This document shows positions 27,687-36,829 of a stretch of DNA of 64,000 nt, piece after piece. The notes under the pieces were generated by a model. The model had not been told where the DNA came from, did not search any database, and saw nothing but the letters and a program-made list of their open reading frames with translations. A program made the translations under genes and the position numbers. This DNA comes from a bacterium (GTDB lineage: Bacteria; Patescibacteriota; Doudnabacteria; UBA920), in NCBI GenBank assembly GCA_021825655.1, contig JAKAGU010000005.1:12400-76399 (forward strand), read 5' to 3'. Numbering within the stretch: the stretch's first letter is position 1; every line of letters starts with the position of its first letter.

Positions 27687-30365
27687 ATGGCGGACGCGCA
27701 AACAAGCCATATGCAAACCAAAGAAAACCTGCAAGCCAGAAACAAAAACGCCCTGTCCGAATTAGGCGAGAAAATTTTTCTTGACCGCTACGCGGTGAAA
27801 GACGTAAGAAGAGCGACTTTGAACGTGGGCGACACAGTTATTGTCATGGTTAACGCCAAGACCGGTCAAAGGGAAATCGGCGTGATTGAAAGTTTGGATC
27901 AGGAGCACCGCGAAGCCATGGTCCGTTTGCGCGACGGCCAATTGGAGAAGCGGGCGTTCGAACACATGGACAAGCCTTTGGAGACCGTGCCCGAGCAGAT
28001 GTTTGAACGCGTGGCCAAGCATATGGCGAGCGTGGAGAAAACCCCGGAGAAGGTGCGGGAGTGGGAACAAAAATTTTATCAACTTATGGATGATTGGAAG
28101 TACACGCCGGGCGGAAGAATTTATTCCGGCGCGGGCTCCAGTAACCTGTCGTTCTACAACTGCTTCGTAATTCCCAGCCCGCATGACAGCCGGGGAGGGA
28201 TTTTTGAGACTTTGCGGCAGATGGCGGAAATTATGTCGCGCGGCGGCGGCGTGGGCATCAACGTTTCTTCCCTGCGCCCGCGCTACAGCTATGTTAAAGG
28301 CGTAAACGGAAGGTCTTCCGGCGCAGTGTCCTGGGCTTCGCTTTATAGTTTTGTGACCGGCCTGATTGAACAGGGTGGTTCAAGGCGCGGCGCGCTGATG
28401 TTAATTTTAAATGTCTGGCACCCGGATATTTTAGACTTCATTAATGCCAAGCGCGAGGCGGGCAAGATTACCAATGCCAACATTTCCGTAGGCATTACTG
28501 ACGATTTTATGCAGGCGGTGAAGGACGACGCTTCCTGGGATTTGGTTTTTCCGGACAACCATGACCCGCTGTATGAAGAACACTGGGACGGCAACATGCG
28601 CAAGTGGCAAAGTTTGGGCGGCAAGGTGATTAAATACAAGACCGTGCGTGCGGCTGATATTTGGACGCAGATTATTGAGTCTGCCCATGCTTCGGCCGAG
28701 CCGGGGGTGTACTTTATCGATCGAGCCGAGCATTTTTCCAATTCCTGGTATTTTTCCGCTTTGCCCTGCACCAACCCCTGTGGCGAACAGCCCTTGCCGG
28801 CCTGGGGCGTATGCAACTTGGGCCATGTCAATTTAGCCAAGCATATCAACAAGGAGACTGCGGAGGTAATGTGGAACGAACTGAAGTCTTCGGTCCAGTA
28901 TGCTGTGCGCTTCCAGGATAACGTAATTGATGCCACGCCGTATTTCTTTAAAGAGAATGAAGCTCAGCAGATGTCCGAACGGCGCATTGGCTTGGGCACC
29001 ATCGGCCTGGCTGAGATGCTTATTTACAAAGGCCTGCGCTACGGCAGCCCAGAGGCCGTGGAATTCATCGACAAGCTTTACCAGTTTATTTCCGTAACCG
29101 CTTACGAGACCAGCATTGAACTGGCGCGCGAAAAAGGCTCTTTCCCGAAATTCGATGCGGAAAAATATCTCCAGTCCGGCTTTATGAAGCAGATGCCGGA
29201 ATACATCCGCGATCTGGTCAGGCGCTACGGTATTCGCAATGTAACCATCCTGACCCAAGCGCCTACCGGCAGCGTGGGTACCATGGTGGGCACATCTACG
29301 GGCATTGAGCCGTTCTTCTCCTGGACCTATTTCAGAAAGAGCCGCATCGGCGTACACCAGGAAAAAATGCAAATCGCCCAGGACTGGCTGGATAAGCACC
29401 CCGGGCAGGATTTGCCAGCCTACTTTGCCACGGCCATGGACCTTATGCCCGAAGAGCACGTGCGCGTGCAGGCCGCCGTCCAAAAATGGACGGACAGCGC
29501 TATTTCCAAAACCGTAAATGCCCCGGCTGATTACACCGTGGAGCAAACCAAACAATTGTACACTTTGATGTTTGACTTGGGCTGCAAGGGCGGCACTATC
29601 TACCGCGACGGCTCGCGTGACGAACAGGTGCTGGCCACTGACCACAAAAAGCTGGGCAAGGAAGCCTCCAAGGAAGCGGAAAAACTGGTGCAGAAAATGG
29701 AAGGCGCGCCTGTGAGCGCCAAGCCCCAGGAAGTGCTGTCCACCTCCGGCGACAACATGCAGATTAAGATTGCGCCCCGCCAGCGCCCGGACATGATGCA
29801 GGGGATAACCTACCGCATGGACACGGCTTACGGAAAATTGTATGTGACAATCAACGAGGACGAGCAGGGTCCGTTTGAAGTCTTTGCCCAGATGGGCAAG
29901 TCCGGCGGCTTTTTCTCCGCGCAGACCGAAGCCATTACCCGGCTCATTTCTCTGGCTTTGCGTTCCAATGTGGCCATTGAAGAAGTTATCGATCAGTTAA
30001 AAGGCATCCGCGGCCCGGATGTCAGCTTCTCCGAACAGGGCATGGTGTTTTCTTTGCCCGACGCGGTGGCCAAAGTTTTGGAAAAGCATATTAAGCGCAG
30101 AGACAAACAGCTTGCCTTGGATTTACCTGCCGCTACCGATGCCCCGAACATTGCCGAAACTTTGGTGAAGGAAGAAGTCAAACAGCTGGTGGCGGAAAGC
30201 AACTCCCGTTTGGCCACCCAGGTTATTGCCCAAACGCAGAAAAAGCAGAAGATTTCTATTGCCAATTTGGGCAATGCGCCGGTGTGCCCCTCCTGCGCCA
30301 GCATGCTGGTCTTTGCCGAAGGCTGCATGAAGTGCGATTCCTGCGGCTACTCCAAATGCGGCTAA
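27687..30365 (+). CDS. nrdJ: Class II (adenosylcobalamin-dependent) ribonucleotide reductase with TSCPD and zinc-ribbon C-terminus
   Basis: FYNCFV, GGGVG, TNPCGEQ, CNLGHVNL, APTGS, KGGTIYRDGSR, terminal CxxC..EGC..CxxCGYSKC. Confidence 0.95.
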   Translation: MADAQTSHMQTKENLQARNKNALSELGEKIFLDRYAVKDVRRATLNVGDTVIVMVNAKTGQREIGVIESLDQEHREAMVRLRDGQLEKRAFEHMDKPLETVPEQMFERVAKHMASVEKTPEKVREWEQKFYQLMDDWKYTPGGRIYSGAGSSNLSFYNCFVIPSPHDSRGGIFETLRQMAEIMSRGGGVGINVSSLRPRYSYVKGVNGRSSGAVSWASLYSFVTGLIEQGGSRRGALMLILNVWHPDILDFINAKREAGKITNANISVGITDDFMQAVKDDASWDLVFPDNHDPLYEEHWDGNMRKWQSLGGKVIKYKTVRAADIWTQIIESAHASAEPGVYFIDRAEHFSNSWYFSALPCTNPCGEQPLPAWGVCNLGHVNLAKHINKETAEVMWNELKSSVQYAVRFQDNVIDATPYFFKENEAQQMSERRIGLGTIGLAEMLIYKGLRYGSPEAVEFIDKLYQFISVTAYETSIELAREKGSFPKFDAEKYLQSGFMKQMPEYIRDLVRRYGIRNVTILTQAPTGSVGTMVGTSTGIEPFFSWTYFRKSRIGVHQEKMQIAQDWLDKHPGQDLPAYFATAMDLMPEEHVRVQAAVQKWTDSAISKTVNAPADYTVEQTKQLYTLMFDLGCKGGTIYRDGSRDEQVLATDHKKLGKEASKEAEKLVQKMEGAPVSAKPQEVLSTSGDNMQIKIAPRQRPDMMQGITYRMDTAYGKLYVTINEDEQGPFEVFAQMGKSGGFFSAQTEAITRLISLALRSNVAIEEVIDQLKGIRGPDVSFSEQGMVFSLPDAVAKVLEKHIKRRDKQLALDLPAATDAPNIAETLVKEEVKQLVAESNSRLATQVIAQTQKKQKISIANLGNAPVCPSCASMLVFAEGCMKCDSCGYSKCG

Positions 30366-30419
30366 TTGAAGCAGAAATTTAAGATTTGATGGGCGGCGGG
30401 CAACCGCCGCCCAAAAAAT

Positions 30420-31046
30420 ATGAGCACAAAACAAAAAATTAAAATGCCTACGGAGTTTTCTGCCGAGCCCAAGGGCCTGGTGATTGCCTATATCGGCGCG
30501 GGCAAGGGCAAGACTACGGCGGCCATGGGTATGGCAGCGCGCGCGGCTGGCGCGGGCATGGATGTGTTTGTCTTGCAGTTTGTGAAGGCAAAAAAGGAAA
30601 CGGGCAATAATAAGGAAAAAGGCGAGTGGCCGCTGTCTTCGGAGATTGATTTTTTTAACGCCGTCAGCTACCCGTCCAGTATTGGCAGCATAGAGAACCA
30701 GCAGATGGGCCTGGGCTTTGTGGGGATTTTGGGCGACGAGAAAGCCCGGCAGGAGCATGTGCGGGAAGCTCTACAGGGTTTGGAGCGCGCGCGGGAGCTG
30801 ATGCTTTCCGGCCGCTACCAGCTCCTGGTGCTGGATGAGCTAATTTCCGCCCTGGAGGTTAAACTGATTGAAGAGCGGGACATTGTGGACCTCATCAAAC
30901 TTAAGCCCAAGGACATGCATCTTGTCTTGACCGGGCACAACAAATACCCTAAAATTTTAGCATTGTGCGATTTGGTGACGGAGATGAAAATGATTAAGCA
31001 CCCGTACTACAAGGGCATTTTGGCCCAGCGGGGGATTGACTACTGA
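30420..31046 (+). CDS. cobO: Cob(I)alamin adenosyltransferase, CobA/CobO/BtuR type
   Basis: GAGKGKTTAAMG, LQFVK, LVLDE, VLTG, DLVTEM..IKHPY..GI.AQRGIDY. Confidence 0.93.
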   Translation: MSTKQKIKMPTEFSAEPKGLVIAYIGAGKGKTTAAMGMAARAAGAGMDVFVLQFVKAKKETGNNKEKGEWPLSSEIDFFNAVSYPSSIGSIENQQMGLGFVGILGDEKARQEHVREALQGLERARELMLSGRYQLLVLDELISALEVKLIEERDIVDLIKLKPKDMHLVLTGHNKYPKILALCDLVTEMKMIKHPYYKGILAQRGIDY

Positions 31047-31049
31047 CAT

Positions 31050-31574
31050 ATGAAAAAAAAGTTTTTATACGCAGCGCTATTGGTGTCCTTGCTGGCTGCA
31101 GGCTGCAACAAAAAAGCGGAAGCGCCACAGCCCGCGCCTGAAGCGAGCCCCCCGGTCCAAAAGCAGGCGCAGAAGCCTGCGGGCCAAACCCAGACCGTAC
31201 AGAACGCGGGTAGGCCGGACTATCATCCGAATCCCCCCCAGCCCGGCGCGGTTCAGCCGCAGCTTGCGGGGCTGACAGTCTACCAAACCGTCCAGGGGTC
31301 CAACCTTAACAGCCCCAGCTACCAGGTGGCGGAAAACACAACAGCCTTGGCCTTTTTAAAAGTCAGCCATAAGGTGGTAACCAAAGATTACGGCAGTTTG
31401 GGGGAGATGGTCACGAGCATAGACGGCATTGCTCCGCGGCTGGACCAGTTTTGGGCCTTTTATGTGAACGGCAAATTGGCCAATCTGGGCGCGGGCAGCT
31501 ATACTTTAAAAAATAACGACAAGCTGGAGTGGAAGCTTAATAGCGTAAATTCTTATCAACCTAACAGCCAATAA
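31050..31574 (+). CDS. Lipoprotein with DUF4430 (transcobalamin C-terminal-like) domain
   Basis: Lipobox LLAAGC; G.MVTSIDG...FWAFYVNG...GAGSYTLKNNDKLEW. Confidence 0.85.
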   Translation: MKKKFLYAALLVSLLAAGCNKKAEAPQPAPEASPPVQKQAQKPAGQTQTVQNAGRPDYHPNPPQPGAVQPQLAGLTVYQTVQGSNLNSPSYQVAENTTALAFLKVSHKVVTKDYGSLGEMVTSIDGIAPRLDQFWAFYVNGKLANLGAGSYTLKNNDKLEWKLNSVNSYQPNSQ

Positions 31575-31577
31575 ACC

Positions 31578-32090
31578 ATGATTGTATATTTGCTTATAAT
31601 TGCCATTGCCGCAGTCTCCCGCTTTGTTCCCCACATACCGAATTTCGCGCCCATCACCGCGCTGGCGATTTTCAGCGCCGTGTACCTGCCCAAAAAACAG
31701 GCGATTGTCATACCTTTGGCCGCGCGTTTTGTTTCCGATTTGTTCATTGGGTTTTTTGCCTGGCCACTGATGCTGGCCGTTTATGCCTCCCATCTTTTGG
31801 GGGTATTGTTCGGTCTTTGGATAAAGCGCGACAGCCAGAACCGCTGGCTGAAAATTTTTGCTTCCTCGCTCGGCGCTTCCTTGTTGTTTTTTGCCATTAC
31901 TAATTTTGCTTTTTTGTACGCGCAGTACCCGCACAACCTGTCCGGTATAATTCAGGCCTACGAGGCCGGGCTGCCTTTCCTGCGAGGTACGGTTTTGGGC
32001 GACCTTACATACAGCACAGCCCTGTTCGGGGCTTATGGTCTGGTTACCAGCCTTGCGGCCAGCCGGCAGTTAGTAAAAAAACCTCTCTAA
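31578..32090 (+). CDS. DUF6580-like membrane protein (putative solitary ECF S-component-like transporter)
   Basis: SRFVPHIPNFAPITALAIF, SDLFIG, FFAITNF, Y.AGLPF...LGDL; multiple TM helices. Confidence 0.8.
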   Translation: MIVYLLIIAIAAVSRFVPHIPNFAPITALAIFSAVYLPKKQAIVIPLAARFVSDLFIGFFAWPLMLAVYASHLLGVLFGLWIKRDSQNRWLKIFASSLGASLLFFAITNFAFLYAQYPHNLSGIIQAYEAGLPFLRGTVLGDLTYSTALFGAYGLVTSLAASRQLVKKPL

Positions 32091-32107
32091 AGTAGAGGTT
32101 TTATTTT

Positions 32108-33016
32108 ATGAATCCGGAAAATAAAAATTACGGCCAGGAGCGCCAGAAACCCGGGGAGTATGGGGAGCAGGCCAGGGACTATCCGCTTCATTTAAAAAAA
32201 ATTCACGATGAGATGGAAAGGGATTTGAAATTCAATCCCGAAGCTTTCGGCTACGGTCCGGTGTTCCACCTTAAAACTTCCAAAGGCATGGAAGTTCAGG
32301 TAAAAACGTTCCATTTTGACAAGCAAAACTCCAGTATCAGGCCTATTCCGGGAGATTACCAAAAGTACCGGCGGAGCTATTTGGTTGCCACCGATGCGCA
32401 GGGCGTCATTCTGGGCAACCGCATGATGCGCACTTATTATTACGGGGCCGATCACCCCGGATCAAGAATTGAAACGAGCGGGGAGATTACCACCCGGTAC
32501 CGGGGCTTGGGCTTGTCCGCGGCCATTGATTTGGCCAACCGGGAACTTTTACAAGATGAAGTTGACCATGTTGGCGGGACTTTGAGGTGGGGGATAATCA
32601 ACGGCAACAGGATGGATTTATCCAAATTAAAAAAACCCAAGTCCAAGGTTCCGGGGTTAGTTGAGGCGCCGGCAGGGTTCGCCCCTACGGACAGCGATGT
32701 CAGGGAAAAGGAGGCCGAGCAGGATAGGTGGCAGAATTTATACGGGCCAATGGGAAAATTGGGTGCTTACAGTTCAACCAGCCCGGATGAAGACGATTTT
32801 GAGATTGTATTGGCCGCGCGACGTGTTCCTCAAAATTTAGACAGGGCCAGCGACGTATGGCTGGAGCGGGATTTGGGCGAAACCATAGAAGAGCCTAAGA
32901 TAAAAAATCTTATGCTGGAGAGAGATGGAATCGCGCAGGCGGCCCGGGCGGACAAACTAGAAGAGTTTAAGCGTTTGAGTAAGCAAATGCAGGAGATTTT
33001 GGAAAATGCCGGGTGA
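32108..33016 (+). CDS. Hypothetical protein (possible GNAT-like fold)
   Basis: 302-aa ORF; RYRGLGLSA resembles the acyl-CoA binding motif A. Confidence 0.6.
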   Translation: MNPENKNYGQERQKPGEYGEQARDYPLHLKKIHDEMERDLKFNPEAFGYGPVFHLKTSKGMEVQVKTFHFDKQNSSIRPIPGDYQKYRRSYLVATDAQGVILGNRMMRTYYYGADHPGSRIETSGEITTRYRGLGLSAAIDLANRELLQDEVDHVGGTLRWGIINGNRMDLSKLKKPKSKVPGLVEAPAGFAPTDSDVREKEAEQDRWQNLYGPMGKLGAYSSTSPDEDDFEIVLAARRVPQNLDRASDVWLERDLGETIEEPKIKNLMLERDGIAQAARADKLEEFKRLSKQMQEILENAG

Positions 33017-33452
33017 CCTCAGTTTAAAAAAAGGCCAGGATTATATCGGAGTTACGGCCGTGTATTTTTGCCATGATGGGCAAGGCAGTTTTGTGATGGC
33101 CAAGCGGTCGAAAAACGCGCGCGATGAGCATGGCCGGTGGGACATTGGGGCCGGGGGCGTAGAGTTTGGCGATTCAGTGGAGAATACGCTGAAGAAAGAA
33201 ATTATGGAAGAGTACTGCACCGATGTTTTGGGGTTTGAATTTTTGGGCTTCCGCGACGTACACCGGGAGGAGGCCGGCCGGCCGACGCACTGGATCGCGC
33301 TGGACTTTAAGGTTTTGGTCGACCGGAAGAAGGTAAAAATCGGCGAGCCGCATAAGTTTGATGAATTGAAATGGTTCAGGCTTGCTGACCTGCCCGCAAA
33401 CCTGCATTCACAACTGCCTTATTTTTTGGAAAAGTACAAAGAGAGGCTATGA
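33006..33452 (+). CDS. NUDIX hydrolase
   Basis: GGVEFGDSVENTLKKEIMEEY Nudix box. Confidence 0.9.
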   Translation: MPGDLSLKKGQDYIGVTAVYFCHDGQGSFVMAKRSKNARDEHGRWDIGAGGVEFGDSVENTLKKEIMEEYCTDVLGFEFLGFRDVHREEAGRPTHWIALDFKVLVDRKKVKIGEPHKFDELKWFRLADLPANLHSQLPYFLEKYKERL

Positions 33453-33667
33453 GAGTAACAGTTTTTGTCCACCCTAATTCCCGAAAGCCGCGCGTGGAAA
33501 CCGATTTGCTGGGGGATTTACATGTGCACGTTAATGCGCCGCCCTTGGAGGGGCGGGCCAATCAGGCCACGGCCATGGCTCTCGCCGAATATTTTAAAGT
33601 AGCCAAGTCGAGGGTTGTATTGGTGCGCGGCGCCAAAGCCAAACAAAAAACTTTTGAAATAAGTTAA
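33449..33667 (+). CDS. DUF167 (YggU) family protein
   Basis: VHPNS, APPLEGRAN, LAEYF.V.KS.V.LVRG. Confidence 0.9.
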   Translation: MRVTVFVHPNSRKPRVETDLLGDLHVHVNAPPLEGRANQATAMALAEYFKVAKSRVVLVRGAKAKQKTFEIS

Positions 33668-33671
33668 GGGT

Positions 33672-35093
33672 ATGACCAAGAGCAGAATTTTTATTGCCGT
33701 CTGCGCCAGTTTTGCCGCAGGCGTGTTTTTGTCATCCTGGCTGAAAGTTGACGCGCATGCCACGGCTTTGTTGCTGGGCCTTTCCATAATGGCCTTGTCT
33801 TTGGGACTTGTAAGCCGGCGCCCGCTGGTTTTTTTGCCCCCTCTGCTGCTTTTTGCGGGCAGCTTGGGGGTGTTAAGGCTGCAGTGGTCGCTCATGGAAA
33901 ATGAATATGCAAATTTGCTTGACGCTAAGCAGGATTTGGACGGGCTGATTGTGGAGGATCCGGACATCAGGCAAGACCGCCAGCTGCTTACTTTTCAGCC
34001 CGAGGGCTTTGGGCAAAGAATCCTTATTACCACCAGCAAAGCCCAGGAATATTTTTATGGCGACAAGCTGGTGGTGACGGGGAAGCCCAGGGAGCCAAAG
34101 GCTTATGAGGATTTTGACTACCAAAAATATTTGGAACGCTACGAAGTCTATGCGATTATGAGCTATCCGAAAATTTTGGTTACCAGGACCGGACAGGGCA
34201 ATTGGGTAAAGTTCCAGCTGCTAAAACTGAAGCAGGCATTGGTAAAAGATTTATCGGAGAAATTTGCCGAACCTCACGCCAGTTTGCTTCTGGGTATTTT
34301 GATAGGCGCGAAAAAAACCTTGCCTCAAGACTTGGTTGCCAAATTTCAGGCCACCGGGCTGAGCCATATTGTGGCCGTGTCCGGCTATAATATCACTATC
34401 CTCGCTTCGTTTTTGGGCCTGGCCGCCTACCTGCTGGGGCGCCGGGCGAGTTTTTGGTTTTCGCTTTTGGCCATATTTGCCTTTGCGGTAATTGCCGGCT
34501 GGTCGGCTTCCGTGGTACGCGCGGCAATTATGGGGGCTGTGCTGCTGGTCGGCTTTTGGAGCGGCCGGCCGTATTCGGCCGGGCCCGGCATCTGTTTGGC
34601 GGCAGCCGTGATGGTAGCCTTTAACCCCCGCGTGTTGTACTGGGATGCGGGGTTTCAATTGTCTTTTTTGGCCACGTTCGGCATTGTTTATGCCTTGCCG
34701 GTTTTGGAAAAGTTTTTCCGTTTGGAAGCCGGCGCTGCGGGGCTTAAAGCGGCTGCCCTGTCTTCCCTGGCGGCCATCTTGGCTACGCTGCCCTTGAGCC
34801 TGTTGCATTTTGGCCAGCTGCCGGTTTATGCGCTTTTGGCCAATATTCTTGTTTTGCCTGCTGTGCCCTATGCCATGCTGTTTGGGTTTTTGGCCCTTGT
34901 TCCTTTTTTTGGCCCGGGTTTTGGCTTTGTAGCCAAGCTGATTTTGGATTATATGCTGGCGATTATTGGCTGGGTAGCCTCCTGGCCGGGCGCAGTCTGG
35001 AAGGTGAGCGTGGCGCCCGCAGCGGTTTTTGCTGTTTATTTGGTCCTGCTGGCCGTATTTTTTTGGGGACTGAGAAAAAGCCGCCCGGGTTGA
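33672..35093 (+). CDS. comEC: ComEC/Rec2 competence channel (DUF4131 + competence domain, no MBL domain)
   Basis: TGLSHIVAVSGYN, SVVRAAIM, GFQLSFLAT. Confidence 0.93.
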   Translation: MTKSRIFIAVCASFAAGVFLSSWLKVDAHATALLLGLSIMALSLGLVSRRPLVFLPPLLLFAGSLGVLRLQWSLMENEYANLLDAKQDLDGLIVEDPDIRQDRQLLTFQPEGFGQRILITTSKAQEYFYGDKLVVTGKPREPKAYEDFDYQKYLERYEVYAIMSYPKILVTRTGQGNWVKFQLLKLKQALVKDLSEKFAEPHASLLLGILIGAKKTLPQDLVAKFQATGLSHIVAVSGYNITILASFLGLAAYLLGRRASFWFSLLAIFAFAVIAGWSASVVRAAIMGAVLLVGFWSGRPYSAGPGICLAAAVMVAFNPRVLYWDAGFQLSFLATFGIVYALPVLEKFFRLEAGAAGLKAAALSSLAAILATLPLSLLHFGQLPVYALLANILVLPAVPYAMLFGFLALVPFFGPGFGFVAKLILDYMLAIIGWVASWPGAVWKVSVAPAAVFAVYLVLLAVFFWGLRKSRPG

Positions 35094-35156
35094 AACTCGG
35101 CACGGGTTTATGGTAAACTGCTATAGCTATGTTCAAGTATTAATTCTGCGTAAAAA

Positions 35157-35870
35157 ATGACAAATAAAACCCTGTATATTTTAATTGCTTTAATTTTACT
35201 ATTAGCCGCCGGTCTGTTTGCGTACCGCTTTTATTCTCCAGCTGAAAAAACGGAGCAGCTGTCGCAAAGCGAATCGCCGTCAGAGCCCAAAGAACCCGTG
35301 CCTACAAGCACTCAACCCACTATGCAACCAACCCAACCCCAAACCCCAACTTCTTCCCCAACAGCGGCCAAGCCCTGCCCAGAGCAGAAAGTCTGTGCGG
35401 AAATCAGCGTAAAGAATTTCGGAGTAATGAAGCTGGAGCTTGATCCGGTGGCCGCCCCAAAAACCGTGGCCAATTTTGTGAAGCTGGCTAACGAAGGTTT
35501 TTATAACGGCCTGACTTTCCACCGCATTGCCAAGGATTTTGTAATCCAGGGCGGCGACCCGAAAGGGGACGGTACGGGCGGTCCGGGCTATACTGTGCCG
35601 GCGGAAATAAAACTGCTGCACAAAAAAGGCGCAATTGCCATGGCCCGCCTGGGCGACCAGGTTAATCCGAAACGCGACTCCAGCGGCAGCCAGTTCTATA
35701 TCGCCTTGAACGATTTGCCCCAGCTGGACGGCCAGTACACGGTGTTTGGTTACGTGGTGCAGGGTATGGATGTGGCGGAAAAAATCGGTCAGGTGCCAAT
35801 TGATTCGCCTTATGGCGACGGCGCGCCCAAGGAAAAGGTGGTTATTGAAAGCATTAAAATTTTAAAATAG
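35157..35870 (+). CDS. Cyclophilin-type peptidyl-prolyl isomerase, membrane anchored
   Basis: [41 protein letters not shown]. Confidence 0.95.
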   Translation: MTNKTLYILIALILLLAAGLFAYRFYSPAEKTEQLSQSESPSEPKEPVPTSTQPTMQPTQPQTPTSSPTAAKPCPEQKVCAEISVKNFGVMKLELDPVAAPKTVANFVKLANEGFYNGLTFHRIAKDFVIQGGDPKGDGTGGPGYTVPAEIKLLHKKGAIAMARLGDQVNPKRDSSGSQFYIALNDLPQLDGQYTVFGYVVQGMDVAEKIGQVPIDSPYGDGAPKEKVVIESIKILK

Positions 35871-35891
35871 GCATTAATTTTTAGGAAAACC

Positions 35892-36494
35892 ATGACGGAG
35901 ATTCATAAGACAATCAAACAGGAAAAAACTTTAGTATTGGTTAAGCCCGACGGCGTGAAGCGCGGCCTGGTCGGCGAGGTGGTCCACCGCATTGAGAAGC
36001 GCGGTTTGAAAGTGGTAGCCATGAAAATGGTCCAGGTTGGCCGCGAGCATTTGGAAAACCATTTTCCCAAAAGCGAAGAGTGGGTTGAGCGTTTGGGCAA
36101 CAAGACTTTGAAAACTTTTACCGAATACCAGATTGACCCGGTGGAAGCCCAGGGCACGGCCGATCCCAAAGAACTCGGCAAAATGGTCAAGGAAAGCCTG
36201 TTTGAATACCTCCAGTCCGGCCCCGTGGTGGCCATGGTTATAGAAGGCATTCACGCCATAGACATGGTCAGGAAGCTGGCGGGCAACACTTTGCCGGTGT
36301 TTGCGGAAATGGGCACGATTCGGGGCGACTACTCCGTGGACAGCCCGTCTGTCGCCAACGTGGAGCGCCGCGCCATCCACAACATTATGCATGCCTCGGA
36401 GACCAAGGAAGAGGCCGGCAATGAAATTAATCTGTGGTTTAAGCCCGATGAGATTCACGATTATAAACGCGCTGAAGAAGATATTATGTTCTAA
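35892..36494 (+). CDS. ndk: Nucleoside diphosphate kinase
   Basis: LVKPDGV.RGL, SGPVVAM, GTIRGD, NIMHAS. Confidence 0.95.
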   Translation: MTEIHKTIKQEKTLVLVKPDGVKRGLVGEVVHRIEKRGLKVVAMKMVQVGREHLENHFPKSEEWVERLGNKTLKTFTEYQIDPVEAQGTADPKELGKMVKESLFEYLQSGPVVAMVIEGIHAIDMVRKLAGNTLPVFAEMGTIRGDYSVDSPSVANVERRAIHNIMHASETKEEAGNEINLWFKPDEIHDYKRAEEDIMF

Positions 36495-36551
36495 AAAACT
36501 CCCGCCCCAAAAGGCGGGTTTTTTTAAACCCCAAATGAAAGGAGGGCAGAT

Positions 36552-36764
36552 ATGCCCAAGGTCAGGGCAGTTGTGGTGAGAAGCGCGGAAGCAGGGCTGG
36601 GTTTTGCCGAAAAACACGGCTACCCCATCCTCGTTAAGTCAGCATTTTCGCTTCAGTGGTCGGCGACAGCCGAAGACTCCGGCGAACTGGTCCGCTTGGT
36701 GGAGGAAGGCCTGAGGCTTTCTCCCATCGGCGAAGTGTCGGTGGAAAAGGCCCAAGTGGCCTGA
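36552..36764 (+). CDS. 70-aa protein resembling the isolated ATP-grasp lid subdomain of CarB
   Basis: AAAGGAGGG SD and own terminator; GYPILVK.AFS...EL..LVEEGL.LSP.GEV.VEK matches the CarB B-subdomain pattern. Confidence 0.7.
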   Translation: MPKVRAVVVRSAEAGLGFAEKHGYPILVKSAFSLQWSATAEDSGELVRLVEEGLRLSPIGEVSVEKAQVA

Positions 36765-36829
36765 GCAAAAAAGCCGCCGGCAGTTGTCCGGCGGCTCAAC
36801 TCTTTTTTGTTTTTTAGTTCAAAGACGGA

